Of a stretch of DNA of 64,000 bases, positions 61,666 to 64,000 are shown in pieces. The position numbers were made by a program, and so were the translations under genes. Each line of letters starts with the position of its first letter. Position 1 is the stretch's first letter. Source of the stretch: Obrimoposthia wandeli (Eukaryota); the NCBI GenBank assembly GCA_977020255.1, contig CDROCS010001147.1:868001-932000 (forward strand), read 5' to 3'. The notes beneath the pieces are model-generated. The model saw only the letters and a program-made list of their open reading frames with translations. It was not told the DNA's origin and did not search any database.

Positions 61666-62224
61666 AGGCTCAGCTAACTACTAGGTTGTTGTCGGCCGCA
61701 AACGCTCGTACGTCATCAATGAACTCGTTGTCTGCATTCCTGTCGTACAGCTGTCTTACCATACACAAAGCAAAGCAGCCACAAATATGGAAGTCTTATT
61801 ATTAAAATTTCATTAAAATCGACAGATTTTTGTAATAGGGTGGGGAGTTTAGGTTTGACGGAAGCCGTAAAGGGAAATACGGGATAAATAATTTATGAAC
61901 CACTCGTTTGAACAATTTTTTGTACAACTTTGCTTAACTTCATCATAACTAAACGTCTGACACACATTTGATCACGCTTTAATAACTAAACTACCCAGTT
62001 GAGACTCGCAAAGTAAGTTTACGTACATTTTGGGATTAATAGTCTTCATTCTAGTTAAAATATAATAAATATAATTTTATTTTATTTTAAATATACCACA
62101 AACTCACAGGCTCGAATAAATTATTTATTAACATAAACAATTAATAAAGGAATTTATTGTGATTCAAAATGAGATAGCACTCAAATAAGTACAAAATAAA
62201 TAAAATCAACATAGAAATACTAAC

Positions 62225-62476
62225 CAATAAGCCTGTACTTTGCCGACTCATTCAACCATGATCTGAAAGAACAAAAAACCTTCACTCTTTGATTGATTGC
62301 GTAAATAGAGGAGCGGAAAGCTATTGAATTTCTATCGAATCTGGTGCCAACAAAGTCTGAAGTAAGATTCATTTTTAGGGTCATGGAGATATTGAGGTTG
62401 CAGGTGACATTATGGGGTTTCATGTAGAGTATGTCGCTGTTCTTTGGTGGATAAAATGTGACACCGACCGCTTCAT
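62225..62476 (-). CDS. Host multi-Ig-like-domain gene, exon a (252 bp, phase 1-1)
   Basis: cattttccAG|at gaa gcg...ctt att g|GTtagt; HNVTCNL...VKVFCSF. Confidence 0.8.
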
Positions 62477-63235
62477 CTGGAAAATGAGGAAATTTGAATG
62501 GATTATATTACAACAACGATCAATATTTTATTCAAACGGTAATTAAATCAGGAAGTTTTTAAACTTGAATTTAGATACTTAGTCAGTTTAATAATGTAAT
62601 GAAATTTAGCGTCCAAGAGAACTATTTATCTTGGTCAAAAAAGAATATATTAAATAATCGAAACTAGTTGAATTCCAAATCAAAAAGCGTAAAGTTTGAA
62701 TAAACTTAACCCATTACTTTTAAAGAAGTTTTTGATTTAAATACAAATTATTATGTTTTAAATTTAATATAACTTTTTTTTAAAACCAAATTTTAATGAA
62801 TTTTATATAATTTTCTTGGTTAATTGTGTGGAGTGAAATTTTGTGCATATGTGTGGAGTTAAATTTCGTGCACATGTGTCTCCACCCAAAGGGGGAAGGG
62901 GGTCCCCCATGTCCTTTAAAACCGTGTATGTGTGTGGAGTCAAATTTCATGTATGTCTCCATTCCACCCAAAGGGGGTACCCCCCACCACAATTTTTAAA
63001 AATTTTACTGCGAATCTCAAAAGTGGTTAGAGAAGACCATGGGAATCCATATTGGCCCCCGCAGCTTATCACAGAGATTTCAAATAATATATTACTAATA
63101 TTTTTAAGAAAGATTTTAGATTAATAAATTACTACATGTTAAATATATATTTATAGGATAAAAAATCGGTCAGATCTATATAGTTTAGAGGAGAAAAAAC
63201 AAAATATGAGACAAAATTATTTTTCAAAATATTTA

Positions 63236-63640
63236 TTAAACATAAAACAACATATTGGCTTCACTCAAAGTCCAAAGAGGCTGCATTTCCCCGTCATCAG
63301 CAAAATATCCATTGAGACGTATTGAGATATTCCATAGTTCTTCATCTAGAATTGGAGCAATCAAATATCCTAGATCATCTTTAAAATCCAGACTGGGATC
63401 AGTTTCAAGCAGGAAACAATTTCCTTCATATACATAATCAGGAATGTAAAATCCCAAAATATTTTTCAATTGATCAATATCAGATGTTGTTAAAATTTCG
63501 ATGAGATATTTATTCTCCACTTTTGATATTTTTACAGGATTCATAACTCGTATAATTTGATGCCTCTTTAATATATTACATAGTTTTTCTTTTGAAATTC
63601 TTTCTGGATAATAAAAATTTGCTACACATCTCTTATCCAT
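63236..63640 (-). CDS. A' copy of paralog 1 (candidate SSB)
   Basis: Intact 134-aa ORF, eight substitutions relative to 34427-34831. Confidence 0.75.
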   Translation of the reverse strand: MDKRCVANFYYPERISKEKLCNILKRHQIIRVMNPVKISKVENKYLIEILTTSDIDQLKNILGFYIPDYVYEGNCFLLETDPSLDFKDDLGYLIAPILDEELWNISIRLNGYFADDGEMQPLWTLSEANMLFYV

Positions 63641-63781
63641 TCTAAAATAAGGAAACTGATTAAAAAAAACAATGTTTATAAAAAAAATACATATATAAGA
63701 TACAAATATTTAAATAAATAAAACTGATTATTAAATGAAAGAAACATAGTAAAACCGATTACAATTTATTACACGTAAAAG

Positions 63782-64000
63782 TTAAAACATAGAAATATGA
63801 GCACGTTCAATTTTCCACATAGGCAACTTTGTCCCCATTTCATCTTTCTTGAAACCATAAAGTCGAATTGTTACAGTCCATTGCTTCTTTTTCGGAAACG
63901 CATCAATATCAACATATCTTCCATTGTCATGTAGAAATGCTTCATCGGGTCCTCCGATATAAAATTCGTTCTTATTGAAAGTAAAATTTGGAACTGCCTT
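63782..64000 (-). CDS. A' copy of paralog 2, 5' part outside the window
   Basis: Near-identical to 34975-35193; open frame. Confidence 0.7.
   Translation of the reverse strand, partial: KAVPNFTFNKNEFYIGGPDEAFLHDNGRYVDIDAFPKKKQWTVTIRLYGFKKDEMGTKLPMWKIERAHISMF

Larger units (their letters stand above)
62826..64000. mobile_element. Second A-family element (A'), left part, running off the window
   Basis: Three copies of the gtgtggagt(g/t/c)aaattt terminal motif; from ~63161 colinear with 34352 onward. Confidence 0.9.

Noticed and set aside
33946-64000. Simple 28.8-kb tandem duplication of an A+B unit
   Set aside because: Host exon a (62225-62476) has no counterpart 28.8 kb upstream, where a mariner relic lies; the subterminal regions differ and the shared ORF has eight amino-acid changes.
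1-64000. Bacterial prophage or contaminant, tRNA/rRNA genes
   Set aside because: Spliceosomal introns, animal-type transposons and eukaryotic virus genes indicate a eukaryotic locus; no tRNA cloverleaf or rRNA-like sequence recognised.

Overview
AT-rich eukaryotic (animal) genomic DNA; host species cannot be assigned from sequence alone. (1) A minus-strand host gene crosses the whole window: ten GT-AG exons of 222-291 bp (62225-62476, 32846-33100, 29472-29732, 23076-23342, 16966-17229, 13492-13752, 10212-10463, 7958-8248, 3605-3826, 1548-1823), all phase 1-1 and open, each encoding one divergent Ig-like extracellular domain, six of them alternating between two domain types. (2) Its introns hold transposon relics (hAT/Buster, Gypsy, Tc1/mariner, MITEs), a 4.3-kb 88-bp satellite and 39-bp/95-bp minisatellites. 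(3) One 29-kb intron holds a cluster of Maverick/Polinton-type endogenous viruses: element A (33946 to ~49100; ATPase, integrase, minor and major capsid, adenain protease, protein-primed PolB), divergent element B (49172-60181; ~400-bp TIRs, IAP, phosphatase-like gene, no visible integrase/ATPase/minor capsid) and a third remnant C (~60690-61665). A second A-family copy starts in the next intron (62826 to window end) and an isolated inverted A terminus sits at 16092-16192. Most notable: A and B both carry a TBP-like gene, share 35-48-nt spliceosomal introns at matching positions in three genes (TBP-like, protease, PolB 5' end), and share an identical TAGTATATAAGCA box just upstream of PolB. 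Most viral genes carry nonsense or frameshift lesions. Family assignments rest on motif recognition by eye; no database search was run, so novelty is unverified.
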